Below are positions 41,681 through 53,022 of a stretch of 64,000 bases of DNA, piece after piece. Position numbers and translations under genes: made by a program. This stretch comes from a candidate division FCPU426 bacterium. Lineage in GTDB: Bacteria; Oederibacteriota; PGYV01; Palsa-1178. A model generated the notes under the pieces. It was given only the letters and a program-made list of their open reading frames with translations. It was not told the origin of the DNA and made no database searches. Within the stretch, counting starts at the first letter, position 1; the number at the start of each line of letters is the position of its first letter. Location of the stretch: contig CAWIXE010000002.1 in assembly GCA_963840035.1 (NCBI GenBank), forward strand, positions 768,001 to 832,000, written 5' to 3'.

Positions 41681-43309
41681 TTAATTCACCGTGTATTTCT
41701 GAATCTCCTGCGGAACATACCATTGTATCTGATTATAAAAGATTCCGGAGGCTTCCGGTTTAATATTCTGAACCCTTTTATGCACCGTTACAAGGCTTAA
41801 GGGCGAATACAGGAAGATGTATGGCGCGTCATCCACGATAAGGGCATGAATCCTATTGTAAATGGCGGCGCGTTTGACCGGATTAAATATGATCCTGCCT
41901 TCTTCCGCCAGGGTATCAACCTCCGGATTCGAGTATGATACAAAGTTAAACTCGCCTTCTTTTGTTTTTGATGAATGCCAAAGATCATAGCAGTCGGGGT
42001 CAAGCGACATTGACCAGCCCATTACAATCGCGTCAAAGTTCTTTTTGTCAACAAACTGGGTTATGAAAATATTCCAGGCTAGCACTCTTACTTCAGCGGA
42101 AATGCCGAGTTTCGACCATTGCTGCTGGGCAATTACCGCGATTTGTTCCCGTTGTTTATTTCCCTGGTTCGTATAAAGAATAAATTTGAACTTTTTTCCG
42201 TTTTTTTCCAATATTCCATCGCTGCCTTTTACCCAACCTTCACTTTTTAATAATTCCGCGGCTTTTCCGGGGTTGTATGGGTAGCCTTTTACTTTGTTAT
42301 TGTAAGCAGGTGTACCCGGAATAAAGGGGCCGGTTACCGGCTTTGCCAGCCCCAGCATGACGCCTTCAATTATTTCACCTGTATTTATCGCATATGAAAG
42401 AGCCTGCCTAACTTTTTTTGATGCAAAAAGAGGGTTTTTCATATTGAATCCGATATATGTATACTGAAAAGCGGAATAGGCGTATTTGTTAAATGAATCA
42501 TTAAATTCCGGGGACCCTGTCTTTTTCAGGTACTGGTCAGGTGAAAGCGACATCATATCGAGATTTCCTGACTGCAGGTTCATAAACTGTACTGACTGGT
42601 CCGGAATGATCCGGTACATTATTCCGGTAATATAAGGCCTGCCTTCGAAATAATTCTTGTTTGATATGAGTTCTATACTCTGGTTTGAAGTCCATTTTTT
42701 AAAGATATAAGGTCCGGTGCCGATTGGCTTTCTGGAAAACGGGGATTTATTCAGGTCTGTGCCCTTTAACAGGTGCGCAGGTATTATATATGTGGACTGC
42801 CATGTATCAAGCGTCGGAGCATATGGCTTTTTGTAACGCACAATCACAGTGTATTTGTCGGGAGTTTCAATTTTATCCACCATTTCAAAATATCCTCTAT
42901 AGGCGGTTTTTACAGACGGGTCCATAAATGAATCGTAGGTAAACTTAACATCATCGGAATTAAATTCAACGCCGTCCTGCCACTTGATTCCCCGGCGCAG
43001 GTGAAATGTTAATGTTTTCCCATCCCCTGAAATATCCCAGCTTTTTGCAAGTTCCCCTTCAAGTTTCAGGTTCTTATCATAACGGATGAGTCTTCCGAAG
43101 ACGAGCCCTATGATGTCAAAAGAAGCGGAATCAGAAGCAAGTACCGGGTTTAAATTTGCGGGTTCGCCTATGGACGCCTGTATAAGCATGTCACCGTACG
43201 CGGGTTTGTCGATAAAATCCTTTTTCAGGACGTAGGTTTGTTTGGGTTTGCATGATTGCACTATGATAATTATGAATATGAAGATAATAACAGCAAGAAA
43301 TTTTCTCAT
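41681..43309 (-). CDS. ABC peptide-binding lipoprotein (AppA/OppA family)
   Basis: Lipobox VQSC; LAKSWDIS.DG..TFHLR.G.KWQDG..DDVKFT; PIGTGPY. Confidence 0.93.
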   Translation of the reverse strand: MRKFLAVIIFIFIIIIVQSCKPKQTYVLKKDFIDKPAYGDMLIQASIGEPANLNPVLASDSASFDIIGLVFGRLIRYDKNLKLEGELAKSWDISGDGKTLTFHLRRGIKWQDGVEFNSDDVKFTYDSFMDPSVKTAYRGYFEMVDKIETPDKYTVIVRYKKPYAPTLDTWQSTYIIPAHLLKGTDLNKSPFSRKPIGTGPYIFKKWTSNQSIELISNKNYFEGRPYITGIMYRIIPDQSVQFMNLQSGNLDMMSLSPDQYLKKTGSPEFNDSFNKYAYSAFQYTYIGFNMKNPLFASKKVRQALSYAINTGEIIEGVMLGLAKPVTGPFIPGTPAYNNKVKGYPYNPGKAAELLKSEGWVKGSDGILEKNGKKFKFILYTNQGNKQREQIAVIAQQQWSKLGISAEVRVLAWNIFITQFVDKKNFDAIVMGWSMSLDPDCYDLWHSSKTKEGEFNFVSYSNPEVDTLAEEGRIIFNPVKRAAIYNRIHALIVDDAPYIFLYSPLSLVTVHKRVQNIKPEASGIFYNQIQWYVPQEIQKYTVN

Positions 43310-43323
43310 AGCCACCTCAAAAA

Positions 43324-43352
43324 AAATCCCCGGTTTTTGAAACCGGGGATTT
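43324..43352 (-). terminator. Intrinsic terminator after secG
   Basis: AAATCCCCGGTTT-TTG-AAACCGGGGATTT with A-tract on plus strand. Confidence 0.75.
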
Positions 43353-43421
43353 GCTTTTATTTGGGATCTGTGATTCCATGTCCGTCGAAGCTTCGCGAAG
43401 ACGGATGGGATCTGTGATTAA

Positions 43422-43778
43422 TTACTTATCAGCTTTAGGCTGGTTTGAAGCAGGCTGGGCCTGCTGCGCTGCCGGCTGGTCCGTTGCCGGTACTGCGGGC
43501 GCTTCGGTCTTCATCTTGTCCATGACGCCTTTATAACCGCCGGCCTTTTTGACCTGAAAAAGCGCCAGAAAGATCGAAGTGGTCATGAAAAGCACGGCCA
43601 GTATGATGGTTAAGCGTGTGATGAATGTCTTGCCTCCGCCCGAACCAAACATGGTCTGTGCCGCGCCCGCGCCGAACGCGAAGCCGACCTCAGAACCTTT
43701 CCCCGTCTGTATCAGAACAACAACTATGAGGAGGACTACGTTTATTACGTGTATTGCCCAAACGATATTATATAACAT
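43422..43778 (-). CDS. secG: Preprotein translocase SecG
   Basis: VLIQTGKG..AFGAG..MFGSGG..TRLT; follows tpiA. Confidence 0.93.
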   Translation of the reverse strand: MLYNIVWAIHVINVVLLIVVVLIQTGKGSEVGFAFGAGAAQTMFGSGGGKTFITRLTIILAVLFMTTSIFLALFQVKKAGGYKGVMDKMKTEAPAVPATDQPAAQQAQPASNQPKADK

Positions 43779-43796
43779 TTAAAACCCCTTCCCTAT

Positions 43797-44558
43797 CTAT
43801 CGATAGAATTTTACTATTGCTTCAAATGAGTCTGCCTTAAGCGCGGCTCCGCCAACCAGGGCGCCGTCAATGTCGGGCATATTCATCAAAGTCTTTGCGT
43901 TATCCGGTTTTACCGAACCGCCGTACTGTATGCGCACTGACTGCGCTGTTGCTTCATCATAAAGGGACGCGAGGGTCTCCCTTATGAATTTGTGTACTTC
44001 CTGGGCCTGGTCCGGCGTGGCTGTCTTTCCTGTGCCTATTGCCCATACAGGTTCATACGCTATGACAACGTTTGCCATTTTGTCCTTGGGTATGCCCGCG
44101 AGTCCGCCTACCACATGGTCTTTTACAACATCCTTCATGATTCCTTTTTCCCTTTCTTCAAGCTTTTCGCCGACGCAGAGAATCGGGAAAAGGCCGTACT
44201 CGAGGGCCATCTTCACTTTCTTATTGATATCTTCGTTTGATTCCTTGAAATACTGCCTTCTTTCCGAATGGCCGATAATGACATAGTGAACGCCTACGGA
44301 GCGCAGCATCAGCGGCGATATCTCGCCTGTGAAAGCGCCTTCCTGGGCAGCGTACATGTTCTGCGCGCCAAGCTTGATGTTAGAGCCTTTTACAATGGCG
44401 GCGACTGCCTGCAGGTCCACGTATGGCGGGCAGATGGCAACTTCGGCTTTGTCAGCCGCAACGTCCTTTAAAACATTTTTAAGCGAATTGGCAAGCTCTG
44501 CCGCTTCTGTTACGTCCTTATACATCTTCCAGTTTCCAGCAATTAACGGTATGCGCAT
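43797..44558 (-). CDS. tpiA: Triosephosphate isomerase
   Basis: IAGNWKM, GHSERR, AYEPVWAIGTG. Confidence 0.99.
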   Translation of the reverse strand: MRIPLIAGNWKMYKDVTEAAELANSLKNVLKDVAADKAEVAICPPYVDLQAVAAIVKGSNIKLGAQNMYAAQEGAFTGEISPLMLRSVGVHYVIIGHSERRQYFKESNEDINKKVKMALEYGLFPILCVGEKLEEREKGIMKDVVKDHVVGGLAGIPKDKMANVVIAYEPVWAIGTGKTATPDQAQEVHKFIRETLASLYDEATAQSVRIQYGGSVKPDNAKTLMNMPDIDGALVGGAALKADSFEAIVKFYR

Positions 44559-44651
44559 TACAAAAACCTCCATGTTTTTAAGTGGTATGTGTCGTGTGCT
44601 ATGTGTTATGTGAAATTCACATACCACTCACCACCCGCCACTTAGCACGTT

Positions 44652-45872
44652 TTACTTATTCGTTAAAGCCGCTACTCCCGGCAGTTCCGTGCCTTCCATG
44701 AATTCCATGGAAGCTCCGCCGCCTGTGGATACATGCGTCATTTTATCCGCGAGTTTGAGTTTCTTGACAGCCGATGCCGAGTCTCCGCCGCCTACGACCG
44801 ACACAGCGCCTGAATCGGCGATTGCCTGGGCGACTCCGAGCGTGCCTTTTGAGAACTGGTCTATCTCAAATACGCCCATGGGGCCGTTCCAAAAAATTGT
44901 TTTTGATTTGGATATGATGTTCTTGAATTTTTCTATGGTGTTTGTGCCTACGTCAACGCCTTCCCATCCCACGTCAATTGAATCCCTGAGTACGGTTTTA
45001 TACTCGGCGGTTTTAAGCGCGGTCATAAAATCCTCGCCTTTTGCCGGGGTTTTGGCCACTACGTGGTCCAGGGGCAGGTATATGGAAACATTTTTGTCCA
45101 TGGCTTTTTTCATTATGTTTTTGGCTGTTTCTATTTTATCCTTTTCGCACAATGAATCGCCTATTTCGCGCCCTTTGGCCGCCAGGAACGTGTAGGCCAT
45201 GCCGCCGCCGATGATAATACCATCGACTATGTTAAGCAGGTTTTCTATAACCATGATCTTGTCGCTGACTTTTGCCCCGCCAAGTATCGCTATGAATGGC
45301 TTGCCCGGGTTGGCGAGAAGCTGTCCCAAAAATTTTAATTCTTTTTCCATAAGGAAACCCGCGGCGCATCTTTTAATGAACTTGCATACGCCTTCCGTGG
45401 ACGCGTGCGCCCTGTGAGCGGTTCCAAAAGCGTCGTTTATATATATCTCGCCGAGTGATGCGAGCTTTTTCGCGAATTCAGGGTCATTGCCCTCTTCTTC
45501 CTTATAGAAACGCAGATTTTCCAGGAGCATTACTTCGCCGTCCTGAAGTGAATCCGCCATTTTTTTGACATCATCGCCGATGCAGTCAGAAGCGAACTTA
45601 ACCGGCTTGCCGAGGAGTTCCGCAAGCTTAACCGCGACTACGTCCAGTGAGAACTCAGGCGCTTTCTTTCCTTTTGGCCTTCCTAAATGTGACATCAGAA
45701 TGAGCCTGCCGCCTTTTTCCATGACGTACTTTATGGAAGGAAGCGACGCGCTTATCCTTTTGTCGGAAGTAATGGCCCTTTTTTCGTCCAGGGGCACGTT
45801 AAAATCAACGCGCATGAGCACTTTTTTGCCTTTAAGTTCTCCGGAAAGGTCTTCAATAGCGAGTTTTGCCAT
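44652..45872 (-). CDS. pgk: Phosphoglycerate kinase
   Basis: RVDFNVP, SHLGRP, DAFGTAHRAHAS, STGGGAS. Confidence 0.99.
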   Translation of the reverse strand: MAKLAIEDLSGELKGKKVLMRVDFNVPLDEKRAITSDKRISASLPSIKYVMEKGGRLILMSHLGRPKGKKAPEFSLDVVAVKLAELLGKPVKFASDCIGDDVKKMADSLQDGEVMLLENLRFYKEEEGNDPEFAKKLASLGEIYINDAFGTAHRAHASTEGVCKFIKRCAAGFLMEKELKFLGQLLANPGKPFIAILGGAKVSDKIMVIENLLNIVDGIIIGGGMAYTFLAAKGREIGDSLCEKDKIETAKNIMKKAMDKNVSIYLPLDHVVAKTPAKGEDFMTALKTAEYKTVLRDSIDVGWEGVDVGTNTIEKFKNIISKSKTIFWNGPMGVFEIDQFSKGTLGVAQAIADSGAVSVVGGGDSASAVKKLKLADKMTHVSTGGGASMEFMEGTELPGVAALTNK

Positions 45873-45974
45873 GTTTTCACTCCTTATTATTGTTTCTTAT
45901 TAAATTCCAGAGGCGTTGTTCATCACAACGCCCCTGGTATCGTAAATTAGTAATCGGTAATTTGAAATTGGAAA

Positions 45975-47018
<1,044 letters not shown>

Positions 47019-47048
47019 TTATTATGAACGTGCTTAAATATCCGCTAA

Positions 47049-47076
47049 ATTATATTATAATACTGAAATTTGTCAA
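47049..47076 (-). promoter_or_regulatory. sigma70-type promoter for gap operon
   Basis: TTGACA-16 bp-TATAAT on minus strand. Confidence 0.6.
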
Positions 47077-47396
47077 TATGAAACTGTCTTTGAACTTTAA
47101 ATCACAAAGAGGGATATCTTTACGTTTCTTTATGATTTAAGCAGTTTTATATGGCGTTTTATTAAACGCGAACTTAAACATTGATGCGATTCTTGTATTT
47201 TCACTTCTATGAAACCCACTGAACGATTTCCATTAAGACATGCAACATCGGCTTTGAAGGTATAATTGCCGTTGTTATATGAAGTATCACCCGCTCATTT
47301 TTTCTGTTTTCCAGAGTTGTGGTATCAGAAAAGACCAGTGAACCGTTATAAATCATTGTAATTAATTAGCCTAGTAATTTGATAAGATACCAATGG

Positions 47397-48428
47397 TTAT
47401 TTCTTTATCTCTTTTGCCTTAAGCAGCGATTTAGCTGCCAGGCATACCTCTTCGGCGGTGATTCTTTCCACCGCGTCCATATTCTTTTCACGGAATTTCT
47501 TTGAGCCGATATCAATGCCTTCCCTGATAAATTCATCCAGGTGGGATATTTTTATATGGCCGTCTTCTTCCTTATACGGGTGCCATTCAACCGGATTTTC
47601 AGGGCCGAATAGCGTTATGGTTTTAACGCCCAGGGCTGCCGCGATGTGGCGCGGCCCGGAATCGTTGCCGATAAATATCCTGAGTTTATTTAAAAAGAAA
47701 CCAAGCCTTAAAAAATCAAGCCCGCTGTAAAGTTTTGCTTTTTCACCGATGCCGGACACGATTATTTCGCCCAATGGTTTCTCGGCTTTTGAGCAGAAAA
47801 CAGCTATGTTATAGCCCTCTTCAGACAGTTTCCTTCCGGTTTCAATGAAGCGCTCTTTCGGCCACATTTTGTTCGGCCTTTTAGCGCCGATGCCGAAGCC
47901 GACGGTCAGGGATACGTCTTCATCGCCGATGTACCTGGTATAGTCTTCGTTCAGTATGAGGCGTGTTTTTTTCATTTCTTCCGTGATAGGGTCGAGTTTC
48001 AGCGGGTTTAATGTATCGAGGTCCCGCTCTATTATGGATTTCTGTGATGACTCCGTAATGCCGAGAGGAACCGAGGTAAAATAATCCCTGCCGCTGTGGT
48101 TGTGGACCAGCCTTAATTTGGCGCCGGATAAAAATGTGATAAAGGCGCTTCTCCATGTGGCGTGAAGGTTTACGGCAATGTCAAAGTTGTATTTTCTGAG
48201 CTTGAAAATGAGCCTGAAAAAGTCAAAAGGGTCGTTTTTATCGTATGTTATGACCTCTTTGACATACGGCAGGAGGTATTTGAAGTTCTCATATTCTTTT
48301 TTAAGGACATAAATTATTTCGGGGGTGGCGCAGTTGTGATCGAGCACTTTCAGAACGGGCGTGGAAAGGACTATATCGCCTATGTCGCGCAGCTTGATTA
48401 CAAGTATTTTTTTTATTGATTTTAACAT
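47397..48428 (-). CDS. Glycosyltransferase family 9 (LPS heptosyltransferase-like)
   Basis: ILVIKLRDIGDIVLSTP, IGNDSGPRHIAAALG..LFGP. Confidence 0.92.
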   Translation of the reverse strand: MLKSIKKILVIKLRDIGDIVLSTPVLKVLDHNCATPEIIYVLKKEYENFKYLLPYVKEVITYDKNDPFDFFRLIFKLRKYNFDIAVNLHATWRSAFITFLSGAKLRLVHNHSGRDYFTSVPLGITESSQKSIIERDLDTLNPLKLDPITEEMKKTRLILNEDYTRYIGDEDVSLTVGFGIGAKRPNKMWPKERFIETGRKLSEEGYNIAVFCSKAEKPLGEIIVSGIGEKAKLYSGLDFLRLGFFLNKLRIFIGNDSGPRHIAAALGVKTITLFGPENPVEWHPYKEEDGHIKISHLDEFIREGIDIGSKKFREKNMDAVERITAEEVCLAAKSLLKAKEIKK

Positions 48429-48518
48429 TTATTCTTGTCTCCAGAGTGATCATGCTTTTAGGTATAAAGTTTAAGCTGTTAGCTTATAGCCGATATTGAT
48501 TTCCTGTTTTACAAAAAC

Positions 48519-48546
48519 AAAACCGCCCTTTTTATCGGGCGGTTTT
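48519..48546 (-). terminator. Intrinsic terminator
   Basis: AAAACCGCCC-loop-GGGCGGTTTT. Confidence 0.7.
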
Positions 48547-48562
48547 ATGTTTTTACGGGTCT

Positions 48563-49342
48563 TTATGGTTTATACAGTTCGTAGTGGTCGTTTAAGAGTT
48601 TGTTAACCCTCTCGTCTTTAGTCCTGACCATGTCCTGATATTTCTGAACATAGCTTTCAAAGAGGTTGTTAAATTTATCAAGGTCCTTTTTCAGGAAGAA
48701 CATCTCTTCCTTGTTTGATTCGTGTTTTTTCATGACCTCGTCAGTGCGCATGATTTTAAGCCTGAATTTTCTGAGCAGTTCTTCCACCCTGCGCTGGTTC
48801 TTGCCCATAAGCTTATATTCTTCCTTGAATTCATTGTTCCATTCTTCGGCTAAGGCCAGCGAGTGTTCGGCGCCGTCAACCTTTTCTTCCCACGCGAATT
48901 CAACCTGGTCGCGTTTGTCTACAAGCCCTTCGGTGTGCATGGAAGCGACAACGCTTCCCATTTCATTTAAGCTCTTCATGAAGTCTTTCCTGAAAGTGGC
49001 CTCATAACGTACAAGGTCTTTTTTAGACCTGTTTATCATGGATTTGGTATCGGTTAAAGCCTGCCAAACTTCTATTTCAGGGGTTTTGAATGAATAATTA
49101 GGCGTTGATGTGGGCACCGGAGTTGAGATAAGCGATTCATCATCAAAATGAACAGCCTCTGTACCGGGCCCTTTTGCGCCGCCTAAATTAACCTGGCCTT
49201 TTTCGCTTCTGCTGGTGCTGGGCGCTTCGGATTTTTTTTCTTCTTTTTTAGGCGAAGGAGCGCCTCCGTGCGCGGCATATGCGGATGAAGAAATAAAAAC
49301 AATGATTAGCAACGATACTGCGTATTTTAATACGGAACGCAT
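48563..49342 (-). CDS. Exported coiled-coil hypothetical protein
   Basis: Signal peptide ending AYA, charged helical body, GGAGG RBS. Confidence 0.75.
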   Translation of the reverse strand: MRSVLKYAVSLLIIVFISSSAYAAHGGAPSPKKEEKKSEAPSTSRSEKGQVNLGGAKGPGTEAVHFDDESLISTPVPTSTPNYSFKTPEIEVWQALTDTKSMINRSKKDLVRYEATFRKDFMKSLNEMGSVVASMHTEGLVDKRDQVEFAWEEKVDGAEHSLALAEEWNNEFKEEYKLMGKNQRRVEELLRKFRLKIMRTDEVMKKHESNKEEMFFLKKDLDKFNNLFESYVQKYQDMVRTKDERVNKLLNDHYELYKP

Positions 49343-49460
49343 AAAACCTCCTGTTAAATATGAAGTATTTGTTATTTTAACGGACGTGGTGGGAATTGTC
49401 AATATGTATTAATTTGTGTAAGATATAATTAAAAAAAATAATTTAAAAAAACATATTTTA

Positions 49461-49506
49461 TATTATGAAAAAAGCCGGGGACATACCCCCGGCTTTTTTC
49501 ATAATA
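49461..49506 (-). terminator. Intrinsic terminator (20-bp arms)
   Basis: TATTATGAAAAAAGCCGGGG..CCCCGGCTTTTTTCATAATA. Confidence 0.75.
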
Positions 49507-49556
49507 TCTCACGTGTGAATAACACGCGCGTTTTAACTATCTGGTAGCAGTAATTT

Positions 49557-49889
49557 TTACTTAATTACCTCAACTTCCACGGTATGTGTTGTAATGGTAA
49601 CGAAACTCCCGATCATGGTTATAAGATAGTCAAGTACCGTCATTGTCGTCTTTACTCTGACAATTTCCTTAGGTTTTATCATATCACCTGTTGAATTATC
49701 AGTTATTGGGATTAATCCGTACAGAACGTAAAACACCATCTTCGACCTAGTGGTTTTTGCTTTTGGCTGTCCGTTATTGTCCGGAGCCAGAAAAGCATAC
49801 CCTCCTTTGCAGTTAATCTTTACAGTAGAACATGAAACAAGTGTAAAAGCAAAACAAAGCAGCAACAGAACCACTACAAGTTTCTTCAT
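49557..49889 (-). CDS. Bor-like small lipoprotein
   Basis: Lipobox LVSC; FYVLYGLIPI..VKTTMTVLDYLI..TITTHTVEV. Confidence 0.65.
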   Translation of the reverse strand: MKKLVVVLLLLCFAFTLVSCSTVKINCKGGYAFLAPDNNGQPKAKTTRSKMVFYVLYGLIPITDNSTGDMIKPKEIVRVKTTMTVLDYLITMIGSFVTITTHTVEVEVIK

Positions 49890-49947
49890 TCCCGCCTCCC
49901 ATTTTTTTTTGCATTTTTTAACGCCCATCCTGATAACTTTATCCCGT

Positions 49948-50775
49948 TCAGAACGCAAAACCGATGTTTGTGCCTAAAGTTGGCAAAATAATCCCGAGTT
50001 TTACTTCCATGTCCCCAAATTTTATGAGTCCGCTTGTGATATATGCAAGCCCCACAATACCGTCCAAGGATATTCCGTTTTCAAAAATCCATCTGTAGCC
50101 TAGATGCGCCCCGGCAGACATTATGGAAACACTTGTTTTATTTTCAACCACTGTGCCATATGAATCAGAAACGGTTACATTTATATTTGCCCCGTAAAAA
50201 TAGCACTCCGGTCCAAAAAACAGCCCTGATAAAGCATTGCCGTCTATGAACCAGTTAATCCTGCTTCCAAGGTTATAACCAAAACCGGAAACTTTGCTGC
50301 CGGCGCTGGCAAGCGATAAAAATGACATTGAATAAGCTATGCCGCCTTCCACGCCGGCGCTTAAATGGCTGAATATACGCCTCTCATAATAAAGGCTGAA
50401 AAATCCTGACAGCAGAACTGACGGGTTTACTGCTATCATGTTTGACCTGTTTGCTGCCGGATTTGGCTGATTTTCAGACTCTTCCTTAATTCCCAATTTT
50501 TCTGCGTAATTGTAATATGACATAGATTTTTCGACCTGTCCTGTCTCACGCAAGCAATCTGCCATAGCGGAAAAATATTTCCCTTCTTTTGGCTTCAATT
50601 TTATCGCTGAATTGTAATATTTGATGGCATTCGCGCAGTTCCCCCTGGCAGATTCCTTTACACCGGCGTTATAATAATCTTCAGCGGTATAAGAAAATCC
50701 TGTTACGGGAATGGAAACAAATAAAATAATTATTATGATTAGAAATCGTTTTTTTTGCCCTTTTTGTATTATCAT
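49948..50775 (-). CDS. TPR plus small outer-membrane beta-barrel (DUF3575-like) protein
   Basis: Signal peptide, TPR pair, YYER..GLFFGP..LGYRWIF..NIGFAF terminal Phe. Confidence 0.7.
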   Translation of the reverse strand: MIIQKGQKKRFLIIIIILFVSIPVTGFSYTAEDYYNAGVKESARGNCANAIKYYNSAIKLKPKEGKYFSAMADCLRETGQVEKSMSYYNYAEKLGIKEESENQPNPAANRSNMIAVNPSVLLSGFFSLYYERRIFSHLSAGVEGGIAYSMSFLSLASAGSKVSGFGYNLGSRINWFIDGNALSGLFFGPECYFYGANINVTVSDSYGTVVENKTSVSIMSAGAHLGYRWIFENGISLDGIVGLAYITSGLIKFGDMEVKLGIILPTLGTNIGFAF

Positions 50776-50928
50776 ATGAATTATGTTATATGATTTCGAC
50801 TAAAATGTCAATTTGATTCGAATTACTTGATGTAATTAAAAATTTGGAATTGCGGAAGTTCTACGAGCATTTTATGATAAAAAGTGCATAAGCACACAAA
50901 AATTCTAAATTTTTAATTATTTGAATAT

Positions 50929-51129
50929 TTACATAGCCCTTTCTACGCGGTATACACACTCGTTATCTATCCAATCGTGTATTGAAGACTTGTTAAAACG
51001 CCAGCATCCGGAAACTTTAACGCCGGGAATCATGGAAAGGCTCAGGAGTTTGTAAACGGTGACAGGCTTTACTTTAAGCATGACGGCCACTTCTTTTATA
51101 GTGAGGTAATCGCTTGCTGCGCCGGGCAA
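50929..51129 (-). CDS. Excisionase-like HTH_17 DNA-binding protein
   Basis: YLTIKEVAVMLKV..TVYKL..IPGVKVSGCWRF..I.DWI. Confidence 0.85.
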   Translation of the reverse strand: MPGAASDYLTIKEVAVMLKVKPVTVYKLLSLSMIPGVKVSGCWRFNKSSIHDWIDNECVYRVERAM

Positions 51130-51130
51130 T

Positions 51131-51505
51131 TTACATGGCCCTTGTTTGTGCTGTGATGTATTCGTTTAAATGCTCTGCGTCCTCTTCCTTCAGGGCTATG
51201 AAACTCAATCCTATTTCAAAGGTATCATCAGCTGAGGTTTTCTGGCACCATTGAACCTCGCAAAAAGCCTTTATTGATTTGGCGCTTGAGCTGACTACCG
51301 GAAGCTCAAGCCTGATTACATTGCCTTCGTTAATCTTGTGGGTTGTCACAAGGCATACTCCGCCTTTTGATATGTTTTTTGTTTTTGCGGTTTCATAATT
51401 AAGGGAGGCTCTTGGGTCGCTGTCCGAAAGAATCTTGTATTTTGCTTCTTCCATTATTTCTGCCCTGGTATCAATTCTTTTCTCCATGTTTCCCGCTGCC
51501 GGCAT
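51131..51505 (-). CDS. PilZ-domain protein
   Basis: EKRIDTR, NISKGG, CEVQW..IGLSF. Confidence 0.9.
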   Translation of the reverse strand: MPAAGNMEKRIDTRAEIMEEAKYKILSDSDPRASLNYETAKTKNISKGGVCLVTTHKINEGNVIRLELPVVSSSAKSIKAFCEVQWCQKTSADDTFEIGLSFIALKEEDAEHLNEYITAQTRAM

Positions 51506-51556
51506 GCTGCTCGCCTCCTGAAATTATTTGAACTGGTTCAAATATAAAATATTATA

Positions 51557-51573
51557 AGCATTAATCGTGCCAA
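51557..51573 (-). promoter_or_regulatory. sigma54 (-24/-12) promoter
   Basis: TTGGCACGATTAATGCT on minus strand, exact GG-N10-GC spacing, about 50 bp upstream of the PilZ start. Confidence 0.78.
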
Positions 51574-51627
51574 GGATAGTTGTTGATAATATAGCGATTT
51601 ATTGAATGGAATGAGCGAAAAATGTCC

Positions 51628-53022
51628 CTACAGGGCCTTTTTTGTGTTCCTTGTCCTTACAGGGACAATATCATTGATGTTGTGTTTTTCTATCTTATTC
51701 ATTATCATTTTTCGGGTTATCCCCAGAAGTTTCGCCGCTTTCGTCTGATTGCCCTTTGTTTTTATAAGGGCGTTTACTATGGATTTTTTTTCGACTTCTG
51801 CCAGCGGAGCGTCAGCGGATATGCCTGAATCAGATTTCGTGTCAGCATAGCGTTCATATGACATGTTGAGCATATCCGGGCCTATCAGGTTGGTGTTTGA
51901 AACAACGATTGCTTCTTCTATTACGTTCCTGAGTTCCCTGATATTTCCGGGCCAGCCATATTGCATAAGCCTCTCAAGCGCGGAATCTGTAAATGTTTTT
52001 TCCTCCATGCTGTTGCGAAGGCATATCTCACGGAGGAAATAATTGGTAAGCAGGGGGATATCAGCTTTTCTTTCCCTTAATGGAGGCATGTGCAGGGATA
52101 TAACGTTAAGCCTGTAATAAAGATCCTCGCGGAAGCGGCCGTTCTCGATATCGGCTTTGAGCTCGGAATTAGTCGCGCTGATGATCCTTAAGTCCACAGG
52201 CCTGGATTTATTTGAGCCAAGAGGCTCAATCCTGCGGTCTTCAAGAACCCGTAATAATTTAGCCTGGACGCGGTAATTGATATTTCCTATTTCGTCCAGA
52301 AATATTGTGCCTTTGTCAGCGGCTTCGAATTTTCCCTGTTTCGCGGTGTAAGCCCCGGTAAAAGCGCCTTTTTCATATCCAAAGAGTTCTGATTCCTGAA
52401 GCCCTTCGGGGATTGCGGCTAAGTTCATGGATATCATCTTGTTGCTGGAGCGCTTGGACAGGTTGTGTATGGCGCGCGCGGCCATTTCCTTGCCTGTGCC
52501 CGACTCGCCGGTAATTAATACGGTGGAATCGGTCTTTGCTATATTGGAAATCTTTTTGAAGAGCTCACGCATTTTCTTTGACTTGCCTATCATGTTCTCA
52601 AATATATTCTCGCCGTGAAGCTCGCCCTTTAAAAGAGCCAGGTCTTCTTTTAGCTCTGTTTTTTCAAATATTTTGGCGATGGTCATTTTCAGTTCGTCAA
52701 AATTAAGAGGCTTCTGCAGGTAGTTTTCTATGCCAAGTTTCATTGCCTGTACGGCTGATTCCACGGTGCCATAGGCTGTCATCATAATTACCGAGACGGA
52801 ACCGTCTATTTCCCTTATCCGCTTAAAAAGTTCTATGCCGTCCATTTCCGGCATTTTAAGGTCCAGCATTATCAGGTGCATTGTTTCCTTGCGGAGCATT
52901 TCCAGGGCTTCAGCCGGCGATGACGCCGTATATACTGCGTAGTTATCCTGCGTCAATATGGCGCTTACGACCTTTAGGGTTGATTTATTATCGTCTATTA
53001 CCAGTATCCGCCTCTTATTCAT
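51628..53022 (-). CDS. NtrC-family sigma54-dependent response regulator
   Basis: REC, GESGTGKE, GAFTGA, FREDLYYRLNV, Fis HTH. Confidence 0.96.
   Translation of the reverse strand: MNKRRILVIDDNKSTLKVVSAILTQDNYAVYTASSPAEALEMLRKETMHLIMLDLKMPEMDGIELFKRIREIDGSVSVIMMTAYGTVESAVQAMKLGIENYLQKPLNFDELKMTIAKIFEKTELKEDLALLKGELHGENIFENMIGKSKKMRELFKKISNIAKTDSTVLITGESGTGKEMAARAIHNLSKRSSNKMISMNLAAIPEGLQESELFGYEKGAFTGAYTAKQGKFEAADKGTIFLDEIGNINYRVQAKLLRVLEDRRIEPLGSNKSRPVDLRIISATNSELKADIENGRFREDLYYRLNVISLHMPPLRERKADIPLLTNYFLREICLRNSMEEKTFTDSALERLMQYGWPGNIRELRNVIEEAIVVSNTNLIGPDMLNMSYERYADTKSDSGISADAPLAEVEKKSIVNALIKTKGNQTKAAKLLGITRKMIMNKIEKHNINDIVPVRTRNTKKAL

Noticed and set aside
50929..51129. Prophage or ICE excisionase
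   Set aside because: No tyrosine/serine integrase, att duplication or phage genes nearby
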